Part shown: one piece after another, positions 26,100-38,608 of the stretch
How positions within the stretch are numbered: the first letter of the stretch is position 1
Layout of the letters: the number at the start of each line of letters is the position of its first letter
DNA from: Octopus sinensis
Taxonomy: Eukaryota
Direction of reading: 5' to 3'
Assembly (NCBI RefSeq): GCF_006345805.1
Contig: NC_043026.1
Location: 868,001-932,000, forward strand
Length of the DNA: 64,000 nt
The notes under the pieces: model-generated
The model's database searches: none
What the model saw: the letters and a program-made list of their open reading frames with translations, nothing else
What the model was told of the DNA's origin: nothing
Program-made: the position numbers and the translations under genes

Positions 26100-26166
<67 letters not shown>

Positions 26167-26338
26167 ATATACATATATACGACAGGCTTCTTTCAGTTTC
26201 CGTCTACCAAAATCACTCACAAGGCATTGGTCGGCCCGGGGCTATAGCAGAAGACACTTGCCCAAGATGCCACGCAGTGGGACTGAACCCGCAACCATGT
26301 GGTTGGTTAGCAAGCTACTTACCACACAGCCACTCCTG
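25890..26338 (-). mobile_element. SINE family A
   Basis: Reverse complement copy, inverted relative to 24965-25382. Confidence 0.85.
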
Positions 26339-26589
26339 CAACAGAAACAAATAAACCAAGTCACTCGCCAAACAAGTTACAACGCCAATGGATGCGTGCG
26401 TATAAACATATATGGGTGCGTGTCTTAATGTGTGTGTGTGTGTCTTTGTGTGTGCGTGCGTACGGCATCATACATATTTATAAAGAAACGGGATGCAAAC
26501 CAATAATATACAAACTTGTGTATATAACTCGCTACATACATAATACAATGCATAATACAAGTGAAAGATAAAAGAAACTATATGTATTA

Positions 26590-26738
26590 TATGTTATATA
26601 TACATATATACATACATATATATACATATACATATATATACATATATATATATACATACATACATATATATATATACATACATACATATATATATATATA
26701 TACATACATATATATACATATATATATATATACATACA

Positions 26739-26773
<35 letters not shown>

Positions 26774-26905
26774 TCATACATATATATACATATATATATA
26801 TATATATACATACATATATATATACATATATTATATATATATACATACATACATTATATATACATATATATATATATATATACATACATACATATATACA
26901 TACAC

Positions 26906-26954
<49 letters not shown>

Positions 26955-27136
26955 CACACATATACATACATATATATATGTATGCATATATATATATATA
27001 TATATATATTAATATATATATATATATGTATAGATATATATGTATATATTATGTATATATAATGTATGTATATATATATAATGAAATATACAGTATTATG
27101 TATATCCTGTACTTCATAAGGACATATATCACATCA

Positions 27137-27175
<39 letters not shown>

Positions 27176-27283
27176 GTATGTAATATAGGTGAATGTACAC
27201 ATAAAATATGCCTTCCTCTATCTCTGTAGCTATGCACACACACACACACATGCATGTGTTTACATAATTCTTATGTGTGAGCC

Positions 27284-27327
<44 letters not shown>

Positions 27328-27413
27328 TATATATATATATATCTGTGTGTAATATTATATACATATAATATATATAAATTATGTATATTGTATATGTATG
27401 TGTATATATATAT

Positions 27414-27445
<32 letters not shown>

Positions 27446-27490
27446 GTATACACACACACACACAACCACACACACACATACATACACATT
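26590..27490. repeat. (TA)n/(TACA)n microsatellite field
   Basis: Direct inspection. Confidence 0.95.
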
Positions 27491-28167
27491 ATAAAGCATC
27501 AGACAGCTTCATATACAGGGAGAGAGAGAGAGAGAGAGAAGGAAAGAGAGCCCACCCATCTGACAAACAGACAAGAGAACTGATCTGCCAGACTGCCAGC
27601 CACAGATTTTCATGAATTCTTGCAGCACATAAAGGAAATTAAACTCAACTTGCGACTGTGATCAATACCGATAGATGAGCAGGCCTTTCTATCCTTGGTC
27701 AATTTTGCCGTTAGCTTCCTGCTGCCAATCCACACCCCCGTTCCGCTGCCACACACTTTCTATGCCATATTCTATATATTGTGTATTCTATAAATGAAGC
27801 ACTTGTTAACTCTGCTTATCACCTCCCAAAACCGATGAACTAACCAGCCAGCCAGCCAGCCAGCCAGCCTGCCTGCCTGCCTGCCTGCCTGCCTGCCCGC
27901 CAGCCAGCCCCTCCCGTTCTCCGAATAACCCTTCCTGCCTCCCGCGAACCTCAGTGCGTAGATATATGTATGCACGCGTGTATGTATGTATGTATGTATG
28001 TTTGAACGCACGTATGTGTATATGTATTTAATGTATGTATGTATATGTATATAAATATATATGTATGTATGTATATATATATGTGTGTGTATGTATGTAT
28101 GTATACATATATATATATACATACATATATATATGTATATATATGTGTATATATATATATCTATATC

Positions 28168-28200
<33 letters not shown>

Positions 28201-28419
28201 ATATATATATATACTTTGATACTTTGATAGGTTTCGGCCATTATTGGCCCAGGCCATGTCTAACTTAATAGCACCACCTATATATATATATATTTTTATT
28301 TATTTATACATATATATGTGCATATATATGTATATATGCATAGGTGTGTGTGTATACACATATATATATGGATATATGTATATGTGTATGTATGTATTAT
28401 ATATAAAAGAATATTTTCT

Positions 28420-28860
28420 CTTTTTCTCTTTTTTTCTCTTTTTACTTGTTTCAGTCATTTGACTGCGGCCATGCTGGAGCACCGCCTTTTTTTTTTTTTA
28501 GTCGAGCAAATCGACCCCGGGACTTATTCTTTGTAAGCCCAGTACTTTATTCTATCGTCTCTATTGCCGACCGCTAGTGACGGGGACGCAAACACACCAG
28601 CATCGGTTGTCAAGCAATGCTAGGGGGACAAACACCAGACACACACACACACATACACCCACACCATATATATATATTATATATATATATACATATATAC
28701 GACGGGCTTCTTTCAGTTTCCGTCTACCAAATCCACTCACAAGGCATTGGTCGGCCCCGGGCTATAGCAGACACTTGCCCAAGATGCCACGCAGTAGGAC
28801 TGAACCCGGAACCATGTGGTTGGTTAGCAAGCTACTTACCCACACAGCCACTCCTGCGCC
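28420..28860 (-). mobile_element. SINE family A
   Basis: Reverse complement copy. Confidence 0.85.
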
Positions 28861-28864
28861 TATG

Positions 28865-28895
<31 letters not shown>

Positions 28896-29371
28896 ACATA
28901 TATATATATACATACACACATATATATATATTTATATGTGTTGTGTGTGTGTGTGTATTATATATATGTGCGTGTATGTATCTATGTATGGAAAAAGAAA
29001 AAGAATAAATGGTGGAAGGAATGAAAGAATGCATGAATTTGTGAATTAGTATGTGAGGGAATGAGAAGAAATAGAGACTTATTGAAGGAATGAGTGACTA
29101 AAGGATTAAGGGAATGAGAGACTGGAGGAACAATGGATTGAATGAAGGAAGGTATGAGGGATTAGGGAAATGAAGGATTGATGGATTGTGCAATGAGGGA
29201 TCAGAGAAATGAGACTCTGAATGATTGGAGGAATGCGGTATTAAAGGATTGAGAGAATGAGAGATTAAACAAACAGGTGATCAAAGGAATTTAATCACAA
29301 GGCCAACAAGTTTGATATGAGCTTAGTTGGACTCATCAAGTCCCAATGCTGGACTGGTACATCATCTTATG

Positions 29372-30510
29372 AAGGTGGCGAGCTGGCAGAAACGTTAGCA
29401 CGCCGGGCGAAATGCTTAGCGGTATTTCGTCTGCCGTTACGTTGTGAGTTCAAATTCCGCCGAGGTCGACTTTGCCTTTCAAAATCCTTTTGGGGTCAAT
29501 AAATTAAGTACCAGTTACGCACTGGGTCGATGTATCGACTTAATACCCATGTCTGTCCTTGTTGTCCCCTCTGTGTTTAGCCCCATGTGGGTAATAAAGA
29601 ATAGGTATTTCGTCTGCGTTACGTTGTGAGTTCAAATTCCGCCGAGGTCGACTTTGCCTTCATCATCCTTTGGGGTCGATAATTAAGTACCAGTTACGCA
29701 CTGGGGGTCGATGTAATCGAATTAAATACCCTGTCTGTCCTTGTTTGTCCCCTCTGTGTTTAGCCCCATTGGGTAATAAAGAAATAGGTATTTCGTCTGC
29801 GTTACGTGTGAGTTCAAATTCCGCCGAGGTCGACTTTGCCTTTCATCCTTTCGGGGTCGATAAATTAAGTCCAGTTACGCACTGGGGGGGTCATGTAATC
29901 GAATTAATACCCATGTCTGTCCTTTTGTCCCCTCTGTGTTTAGCCCCATGTGGGTAATAAAGAAATAGGTATTTCGTCTGCGTTACCGTTGTGGTTCAGT
30001 TCAAATTCCGCCGAGGTCGACTTTGCCTTTCAATCCTTTCGGGGGTCGATAAATTAAGTACAGTTACGCACTGGGGTCGATGTAATCGATTTAATACCTG
30101 TCTGTCCTTGTTTGTCCCCTCTATGTTTAGCCCCTTGTGGGTAATAAAGAAATAGGTATTTCGTCTGCCGTTACGTTGTGAGTTCAAATTCCGCCAGGTC
30201 GACTTTGCCTTTCATCTTTCAGGGTTCGATAAATTAAGTACCAGTTACGCACTGGGGTCGATAATCGACTTAGTACTTATCTGTCCGTTGTTTGTCCCCT
30301 CTATGTTTAATCCCTTGTGTGTAATAAAGAAAGAGTATTTCGTCTGCGTTACTTTTGAGTTTCAATTCCGCCGAGGTCGTTGCCTTCAAATCTTTCAGGT
30401 CGATAAATAAGTACCAGTTCGCACGGGGGTCATTAATCGCTTAGTACTCTTGTCTGTCCTTGTTTGTCCCCTCTGTGTTTAGCCCCTTGTGGGTAATAAA
30501 GAAATAGGTA
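29372..30510 (+). repeat. Family B SINE amplified as ~6 tandem ~185-bp units
   Basis: One head (GGTGGCGAGCTGGCAGAAACG), then GGTATTTCGTCTGC...AATAAAGAAATA repeated at about 29421, 29603, 29787, 29967, 30155 and 30335. Confidence 0.9.
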
Positions 30511-30735
30511 CATCATCTTATCAAGTCTTGAAAGGAAGAAAGGCAAGCTGACCTGAGCAGGATTTGAACACATGTTGTAAGAACTGGAAAGAATGCCACA
30601 TGGGGATTCAGTCTGGTGTTTTACCAATCCTGACAATTCAGTAAGAAATTATGATTTCTGATTCAGGTAGAATTCCAGCTGTTTTGAGGAGATGACTGTC
30701 TGTAGACTATATTGCCCCTAGTTCTTGACTGATAA

Positions 30736-31133
30736 TCTTTATATATAAAAGAGAGGTTGTGTGCTGTCTGTCTCCTACGAATTAGATTCCTAACTACTCC
30801 CACATTTTGCGGTGCAGTTTAACTAAAACCGGGTATCTTATAGTCGTGATTCATATCGAGCCCTTCTGGGTATTAGCGTGTGTCTACGATGAGTCTACGA
30901 TTTAAAAAAAAATTTACCATCAATTTTTCCCATTTTTAATGTATTTTTGGCATATATAAGGGAAGTAACTCTCTAAAAATTTATTATTAAATCTCAGAAC
31001 GTAAAAAGCTACAGTAACACCCCGCCCCTTTGTGGTTAGCCATATTGAGATGGCTATTATACTTTACATCTCTAAAAATGCTTATATAGTTATTTCCCTT
31101 ACAAACCCGAGCAACGCCGGGCGATACTGTTAG
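30736..31133 (+). mobile_element. Non-autonomous Helitron
   Basis: A|TC start, 3' hairpin, TTAG|T end. Homologous to 1726-2228 with a different internal segment. Confidence 0.8.
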
Positions 31134-31174
31134 TTTATTATAAAAACAGGACCAAGATATATGATACCTTGCAG

Positions 31175-31577
31175 TACTCTTTACTCCTTTACTTGTTTCA
31201 GTCATTTGGCTGTGGCCATGCTGGAGCACCGCCTTTAGTCGAGCAAATCGACCCCAGGACTTATTCTTTGTAGCCCAGTACTTGTTCTATCGGTCTCTTT
31301 TGCCGAACTGCTAAGTGACGGGGACGTAAACACAACCATCAGCACGTTTGTCAAGCAATGCTAGGGGGACAAACACAGACACACAAACAACACACACACC
31401 ACCATAGAATATATACATATATACGACGGGCTTCTTTTCAGTTTCCGTCTACCAAATCCCACTCACAAGGCTTTGGTCGGCCCGAGGCTATAGTAGAAGA
31501 CACTTGCCCAAGATGCCACGCAGTGGGACTGAACCCGGAACCATGTGGTTCGTAAGCAAGCTACTTACCACACAGCC
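31175..31577 (-). mobile_element. SINE family A
   Basis: Reverse complement copy. Confidence 0.85.
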
Positions 31578-32231
31578 CTTGCTGTACTTTTGGTATCATA
31601 GTAATCATGGTGCCATCTAAGAAGTACTGGTGCCACATAAAAGGCACCCAACACACTCTGTGGAGTGGTTGACATTAGGAAAGACATTGGGGTGTAGAAA
31701 CTTTGGCAAAGCAGACAATGGAACATGGGGTGAAAGAGTACAGCGGGGTTCAGCCTACCCTTGTCGGAGCCCTGTGGAGCTTAGGTGTTTTTGCTCAATA
31801 AACACTCACAATGCCTGGTCTGGGAATCGAAACCACGTTCTTACGACAGCGAGTCTGCTGCCCTAACCACTGAGCCATTGCGCCACCACACTGTTGGTGC
31901 TGCCACCTACAGTTGCATTTGGAGTAAGAGAAGAAGAGAAAGACAATTTACTAAGAAATAGAAAGGAGGACGAAGTTTCCCTTTAAGTGGGGGGAACCAC
32001 TCAGGAATTATAATCTTTTTTTTTTTTGCTTTATTATTGTTTCTGTATCTTATTATGTGCTGGTGTCACACGAAAAGCACCCAGTACACTCTGTAGAGTG
32101 GTTGGCATTAGGAAGGACATCAAGCCATAGCAGCCATGCCAAAACAGACAACAGGAGCCTGGTACTGCTCCCCAACTGCTCAATTCCTGTCAAGCCGTGT
32201 AGCCCATGCCAGCATGGAAAACAGATGTTAA

Positions 32232-32646
32232 ATGATGATGAGCATGATCGTGATGGTGGTGGTGGTGGTGGCGGTGGCGGTGGTGATGATGATGGTGGTG
32301 GTGGTGGTGGTGGTGATGGTGTTGATGGTGGTGGTGATGATGATAGTGATGGTGATGGTGATGATGATGATGATCATTATGATCATGATGGTGGTGGTGG
32401 TGATGGTGATGATGGTGGTGGTGGTGGTGGTGATGGTGTTGATGGTGGTGATGATGATGATAGTGATGGTGATGGTGATGATGATGATGATCATTATGAT
32501 CATGATGGTGGTGGTGGTGGTGGTGATGGTGATGATGGTGGTGATGATGATGAGGATGATGATCATCATCATGATGATGGTGGTGGTGATGATGATGATG
32601 ATGATGATAGTAGTGATGGTGTTGATGGTGATGATGATGATGGTGG

Positions 32647-32688
<42 letters not shown>

Positions 32689-32710
32689 GGAGGAGGAGGA
32701 GGAGGAGGAA
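32232..32710. repeat. (GAT/GGT)n microsatellite with higher-order duplication
   Basis: Direct inspection. Confidence 0.95.
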
Positions 32711-33016
32711 GAGGTTTCCTGATATAGCTCTGGTACTTTTGTGATGTTGTCAAGCGCATATTTCAAATATTACATATTCAACAGCGGTGGTGCCCCAGCA
32801 TGGCCATGGCCTTCGGGCTAAAACATTTTTAAGGATTTAAGGATTTATACACAATAAAACCGTTTTTTTTTTTTTACTTCTTCTTTCTTTTTCTTCTGAA
32901 CATGAAATGCTGAAAGTGGGGTGCATCAGATACAACCGTGCGTCTCTTTTATGGCAACACAAAAACGCAACCCCAGATCTGAAAAACGAAGAATATATAT
33001 ATCAGAGTTTACTTAC

Positions 33017-33183
33017 CGATGGGCCACACCTCGTTCATGTAAATAATGAACGGCCGATATTATCTGCCTAATGTAAGGACGGGCCCGATCTTCGGGCAAC
33101 CGATTTTCAGGGTGTATTTTTATGAATGAATATAGTTCTCCACCTGCTGCGTACTCCATACACACACAGTACAATGTGGCAGC
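33017..33183 (-). CDS. Internal exon of a CAMK-group AMPK-related Ser/Thr kinase (HUNK-like), subdomains IV-VIb
   Basis: Encodes AATLYCVCMEYAAGGELYSFIKIHPENRLPEDRARPYIRQIISAVHYLHERGVAHR. Acceptor: pyrimidine tract TCTTTCCTGCTTTCTCCTTCATTACAG|GCT (phase 0). Donor: CATCG|GTAAGT, splitting the Arg of HRD (phase 2). Confidence 0.93.
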
Positions 33184-33507
33184 CTGTAATGAAGGAGAAA
33201 GCAGGAAAGAAATGATTAGACAAGCAGCAGAAACAGATGAACTCAAAAACTTAAATATAAACAAAACTGACTCACCTGTCTGTACAGTTACTAGTTAATT
33301 AATGATCTAATAAATCTAATTAAATTAATTCTTGTCATGTCGTCTGTTCACTTGTTAAAAGAAACTGGTGAGTTAGAGCAAGGAAGAAAAACAATGGAAT
33401 AAAAGTTTCATGTGAGAGTGGGCAAGGGCCAGGCGCAGATCTGAATTATGAATTTTGATTGACCAGGACCTACATGACTTTTGCACATAGACATATATAG
33501 ATATATA

Positions 33508-33725
33508 CAAGGCAGTGCTGAAAAGTTCCTGGTTTTAAGGGTCACGTAAAAAGCCTGACTGGAGGCCCAAACTTCCGAGTTCTTTTACAGGGTTTTAAAA
33601 AACTGAAGGACCGTTGCAATAAGTGTGTGAACCTGAGAGGGGAATATGTTGAATAAAACCATAATTAACTGATTCCCTTGTATTTTCTTTTACCCAGAAC
33701 CAGGATCTTTTCAGCACCCATTCAT
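33508..33725 (+). mobile_element. Mariner-derived MITE
   Basis: TIR GTGCTGAAAAGTTCCTGG / CCAGGATCTTTTCAGCAC. Interior reads KKLKDRCNKCVNLRGEYVE*, a mariner C-terminus. Confidence 0.8.
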
Positions 33726-33732
33726 ATGCATA

Positions 33733-33779
<47 letters not shown>

Positions 33780-33783
<4 letters not shown>

Positions 33784-33868
33784 TACTTTATATAATTAGG
33801 GTTCAGCAAAAACATTTGCCTGAATGTTTGCTGAATGTTTTGCTGAACCCTAATTAATAAAGTAATGT
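33780..33868. repeat. Short fold-back of a Penelope-like end
   Basis: ACATTACTTTA..TAATTAGGGTTCAGCAAAA pairs with TTTTGCTGAACCCTAATTA.TAAAGTAATGT. Confidence 0.8.
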
Positions 33869-34081
33869 TTAATATACAGTAAATGGTCCCTTTACATACT
33901 GAACACTGGTTTGGTAAAATTATTATTACTAATTAATTAATTTTACCTTGATTATTATTGACTATATATATAATATAATATATATATATAATATATATAT
34001 ATGTATATATATGATTTTTTACGTAATGAGATAAAAAAAAAACCAAGGCTGTATAGATATTAGAGCATTTATAGATAGAAG

Positions 34082-34136
34082 GTCTTACAGCTGTTTCGAG
34101 AATATTAATTAATAATAATATCCCTTCATCGGAGAC
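34082..34136 (-). ncRNA. Minimal type I hammerhead ribozyme (U4C variant)
   Basis: GTCT CCGATGA A GGGATATT...AATATTCTC GAAA CAG CTG TA AGAC. Stem I is perfect, stem III is the palindrome ACAGCTGT, cleavage triplet GUA. Confidence 0.7.
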
Positions 34137-34169
34137 GGTGTGAGAGGAACAATTTATATATATATATCT

Positions 34170-34390
34170 ACAAGGCAGTGCTGAAAAGTTCCTGGTTTTA
34201 AGGGTCTCGTAAAAAGGCCTGACTGGAGGCCCAAACTTCCGAGTTCTTTGACAGGACTTAGTAAAACTGAAGGGCCGCTGCAATAAGTGTGTGAATCTGA
34301 GAGGGGAATATGTTGAATAAAATCATAATTAACTGATCCTCCTAGATTCTCTTTTACCCCAAGCCAGGAACTTATCAATACCCCCTTGTA
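34170..34390 (+). mobile_element. Mariner-derived MITE, second copy
   Basis: Close match to 33508-33725. Confidence 0.8.
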
Positions 34391-34394
34391 TATA

Positions 34395-34435
<41 letters not shown>

Positions 34436-34678
34436 TATACACATATAAAGGGTGAAATATAATTAATTTAATAAAATCGATAAATTTCACCTAGTAGTCT
34501 TTCGGTATGGAAAGGACCATATTCGGTAAAAATTATAGGTTACAAATACTGTTGTTTGTGGAGACTTATTTTTGTAGTAATAGTAATAGTAGCCCATTTG
34601 ACTGCTATTTCTAATATTTTCGGTATGTGATTTAAGCAACTTGTTGCAAAAAACCCTTTATTATAATTATATATACAT

Positions 34679-34726
<48 letters not shown>

Positions 34727-34734
34727 ATGTATAT

Positions 34735-34892
34735 ACAGATTCAGGTGATATGGTACTTAAGTAGGCAACCAGATTTTAGTACGGTATTATCCATACAATT
34801 TGAAAGTAAGGTGATTAAAATCAAAATAAGCAACAGGATATCCCGAGGTAATGCATTACCCCTGGATATCCTTGTTGCTTATTTTGATTATA
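34735..34892 (-). mobile_element. Penelope-like end with terminal palindrome (34819-34889)
   Basis: Homologous to 44030-44148; palindrome apex GGTAATG|CATTACC. Confidence 0.7.
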
Positions 34893-35072
34893 GATATATT
34901 TAAAAAAAACAGACAGATAGAGAAAATCTATCTAAGAAAGGAACTCTATCTCTCTTAAAAAATATCTTTTGATAAGCATAAGAAATGCGCAACCGGTAAA
35001 AAGAACTTTCACCTAATTAAATACACTCTCCCTTACTTAAATTATTTTGTCAGCATTTTCTTCATTTCCTTT

Positions 35073-35106
<34 letters not shown>

Positions 35107-35540
35107 TTTATAATTTCAGTTAGACATAGCAATATTAATAACCAGTTGTTAGGACTCAACGTAAAGGCGCGACACTTGGTGCTTTGAGGTGTATGGTTTT
35201 CAATCATGAGGTTACGAGTTTGATATCAGGCAACATCTATCATACATGCACACACACAACACAGACACACACACACACACACGTTCATCTATTTATGTAT
35301 CTGTCTGTCTACCTATACATACATACATGCACGCACACACACACACGCATGTTTATCTATTTATGCATCTCTGCCTGTCTATCCATCTATACATACATAC
35401 ACGCACGCACACACACACACACACAGACACGCACATACACACACACACACATACAAACACATACACGCACACACGTTTATCTATTTATGCAATTCTGTCT
35501 ATCTATCTATCTATACATACATACACGCACGCATGCACAC

Positions 35541-35594
<54 letters not shown>

Positions 35595-36067
35595 TATTTA
35601 TTTATGTATCTGTCTGTCTATCTATCTCTACATATTTATATACACGTTTAAATAAGCACACACACACACACAGTGGATACTCCTGTCAGAAACAGCAGAT
35701 GAAGGTGTCTGCCCCTTGGTATCTTTAGCTTGGTGAAGGCAAGGTGTTCAGTGATTGCAATATTTTCCTCATAACCGTTAGGTTATGAGTTCAAGTCCTG
35801 AATTGTTGATTAATCAACAGGTCACTGCCCTCTGGTTTATTTGGTAGTCTAATGAGATAAGAGTTGCATAATATATTGCATAATCTCGTAGATGCTGTGC
35901 AGCAGTGGCTGTGTGGTAAATATCTTGCTTACCAACCACATGGTTCTAGGTTCAGTCCCACTGCATGGCACCTTGAGCAGGTGTCTTCCTCTATAGCCTC
36001 AGGCTGACCAAAGCCTTGTGAATGGATTTGGCAGACAGAAACTGAAAGAAGCCAGTCACATATATAT

Positions 36068-36480
36068 CATCATCATCATCATCATCATCGTTTAATGTCC
36101 GTTTTCCGCGCTAGCACGGGTTGGACGGTTCGACTGGGGTCTTGGAAGCCAAGGCTGCACCAGGCTCCAGTCTGATCTGGCAGTGTTTCTACAGCTGGAT
36201 GCCCTTCCTAACGCCAACCACTCCGCGAATGTAGTGGGTGCTTTTTACGTGCCACCTGCACAGGTGCCAGGGGGTCTGGCATCGGCCACGATCGGTTGGT
36301 GCTTTTAACGTGCCACCGGCACGGAAGCCAGCCAAGGTGGCGCTGGCATCAACCACATTCAGATGGTGCTTTTTATGTGCCACCGGCACAGGAGCCAGTC
36401 GAGGCGGTGCTGGCATCGGCCACGTTCAGATGGTGCTTTTTATGTGCCACCGGTACACATATCACAACTACTATTTCCAT
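36068..36480 (-). mobile_element. RTE-tailed SINE with ~60-bp internal repeats
   Basis: (CAT)n CGTTTAATGTCCG family tail; inverse homolog of 62670-62997. Confidence 0.8.
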
Positions 36481-36500
36481 TGATATTTGTTTCGATGTTC

Positions 36501-36536
<36 letters not shown>

Positions 36537-37689
36537 TGTGGTACACGACCAGACCAACTTATGACTTGTCGGTTGGAATGGAACTCGGTCATAAGTCAAG
36601 GGGAAGGTGTATAACAAACTATGTTGAACAGAAGATCCTAAAACAATATATGTATACTGTTTATATTAGCTGGTTCATTGCTCTTGTTTTGACTGTTGCA
36701 TTGCTTTCACTGTCTTTTGATTGTTGTAACCTCTAGCGTTCTTCATGCGTCTTGTTTTCATCTTGGTTGTTGAATCAAAGTTCCGATGCAACAACCAAGT
36801 TTGACATAAGACACCTGTAAGAAGACTGAAGCAAAAAACAGCCAAAAGATTGTGAAATCAACACTAAAGATCAGGACACCATTCTAACTAATATAAACTA
36901 TGTACGTAGTAGTGGGGCTCTGAAAGGGATCTCAGGGAGTAGCGTCCCTGCCTTCCTGGGCTAGTTTTCCACCACAATTCTTAAAAATTATGGTAGAGGC
37001 CTTGGTCTCAGGACTGCTCATGTCTAGAAACTGAAGTTGGGGATAAGCAAGGGAATGAACCCCTTGGAAAATACAGCTCCAAAAAAGCCTCATGATAGCA
37101 AAGGAGAATGGGCACCAGCCAGCCCAAAGGTTGGGGTGGGCTACACCTGCTTACCTCGGTTGCTATGGCATTTGAGGTAGATCCAGCCACCCCCGTTAAC
37201 AGGGACAAAACCTGGGTTTAAAACACTGGATGATGATGATGATGTACAAAGTATAAATTCCTTGTCTCACAAATGTAGGTTTTCGTAAAACAATTTACTT
37301 CACATCAACATAAGTGACATGCATGCCACACTTACAGACCACTGATTAAATCAAGAAAAATACAAAAAAAAAAAACGAAAATGAACGATAGTATTCAAGG
37401 GGCACAGTTTGTTATTGCAGTAAATTCCAGTCCTCAAAATCCCTGTCACTAAATGGGAAATTACCACCAAACCTCCAGGCATATATACAATACCTCAAGA
37501 ACATAATCATAACAGCTGTCTGAAGCACTAGCTTTCCAACTTAGCTCAGACAAGCATAAAAATATATATACACAGAGAATGTGGTCAACGCCGGTGTCAG
37601 GTGTATAGCACCTGTGCTGGTGGCACATAAAAAGCACCTTTCGAGGGTTGGGCCTCACAGAAGCAATGACAATGACAAATAACTATGCT

Positions 37690-38012
37690 GGATCAAAGAT
37701 ATGCAATAACGAAGAAAGAAAAGTCGAGAGATATGACAGGTTAGCTTGGGAAGTTAAGCAGTTGTGGTCGATGAAAATGGTAGCAGTAGTGTCAATAATT
37801 GTCGGAGCCCTGGGAATCATGAGTAAAAATCTCAAGAAGTACATGGAATAGGGGCTGCAATAAGGGTGGAGCACTTGCAGACAACAGCACTGCTTGGAAC
37901 CGCTCGAATACTCCGGAAGGTGCTCAAAAACACAAGAGGTGTTACCTTAGTTCACTGTTAGTGAACAGCTGACGCTGTAGTACATCTCCAGCGTAAGAAG
38001 GTGAGCAAAGGC

Positions 38013-38044
<32 letters not shown>

Positions 38045-38056
38045 TGATAATAATAA
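37690..38056 (+). mobile_element. R4/Dong-clade element 3' end with (AAT)n tail
   Basis: EERKVERYDRLAWEVKQLW...VVSIIVGALG...LQTTALLGTARILRKVL, a short UTR, then (AAT)n. Confidence 0.85.
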
Positions 38057-38057
38057 C

Positions 38058-38608
38058 GACCTGATGCAATATGAGGCAGAGAATTTCATGGCTTTTGGTC
38101 TTAGCTGATTAGAAGTGTTAATATGTACATATTTTTTCTTGGTATAAAAGAAGGGCCACAGTAAATTTTTTGTTGAACCCCACAGACTCACTTTTCAGTT
38201 GTTTGACTGTAACTAGTCCAGCAGGTGCCCTAGTGGCTGATGATATGTGCGTCTCTGGTCATGAGCAGAAGTGGGAGAGCATCATAGCCATGTGTTGAGA
38301 GAAATTCTTTGGGGTTTGAATAATTCACCTCTGAAAACATGGGCGTTTCGTTTATCATCCTTAAACAAACCTTATTCAGGAAATTTTTGAACAGGATGGG
38401 CTACATGACCTGACGAAAATTCTAAATGAGCCCCACCTGCAAGCTCATGAGCTGTTTATCTTCATATGACTTCACCATGTTGCACACATATGGTTGTAAT
38501 ACATGTGCCTGGTGCATCTTTATCAGATGGGGAGTCATGGTGGGTATATTGGGCCTCATATATTTGTACTCCAGTGTCACTTCGATAGCATTCGCTGCTC
38601 TTTCACTC
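38058..38608. mobile_element. ~550-600-bp non-coding interspersed element flanked by (TAA)n
   Basis: Homologous to 57946-58465; both copies start right after (AAT)n tracts. Confidence 0.75.

Noticed and set aside
29372-30510. CRISPR-like regular array
   Set aside because: Whole units repeat with no unique spacers; it is SINE-derived in a eukaryotic context with no cas genes.
10195-32766. Poly-Asp, poly-Met, poly-His and poly-Ile ORFs
   Set aside because: They derive from (GAT)n/(CAT)n microsatellites, often SINE tails.
33184-33290. Donor-like CAG|GTGAGT 92 nt upstream of the kinase acceptor, and the ORF extension to 33264
   Set aside because: The upstream sequence has stops and no kinase similarity; the ORF extension is intron read-through.
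36535-36900. Possible solo LTR with an ACTTATGAC/GTCATAAGT hairpin
   Set aside because: No clear TG...CA termini, TSD or second copy.
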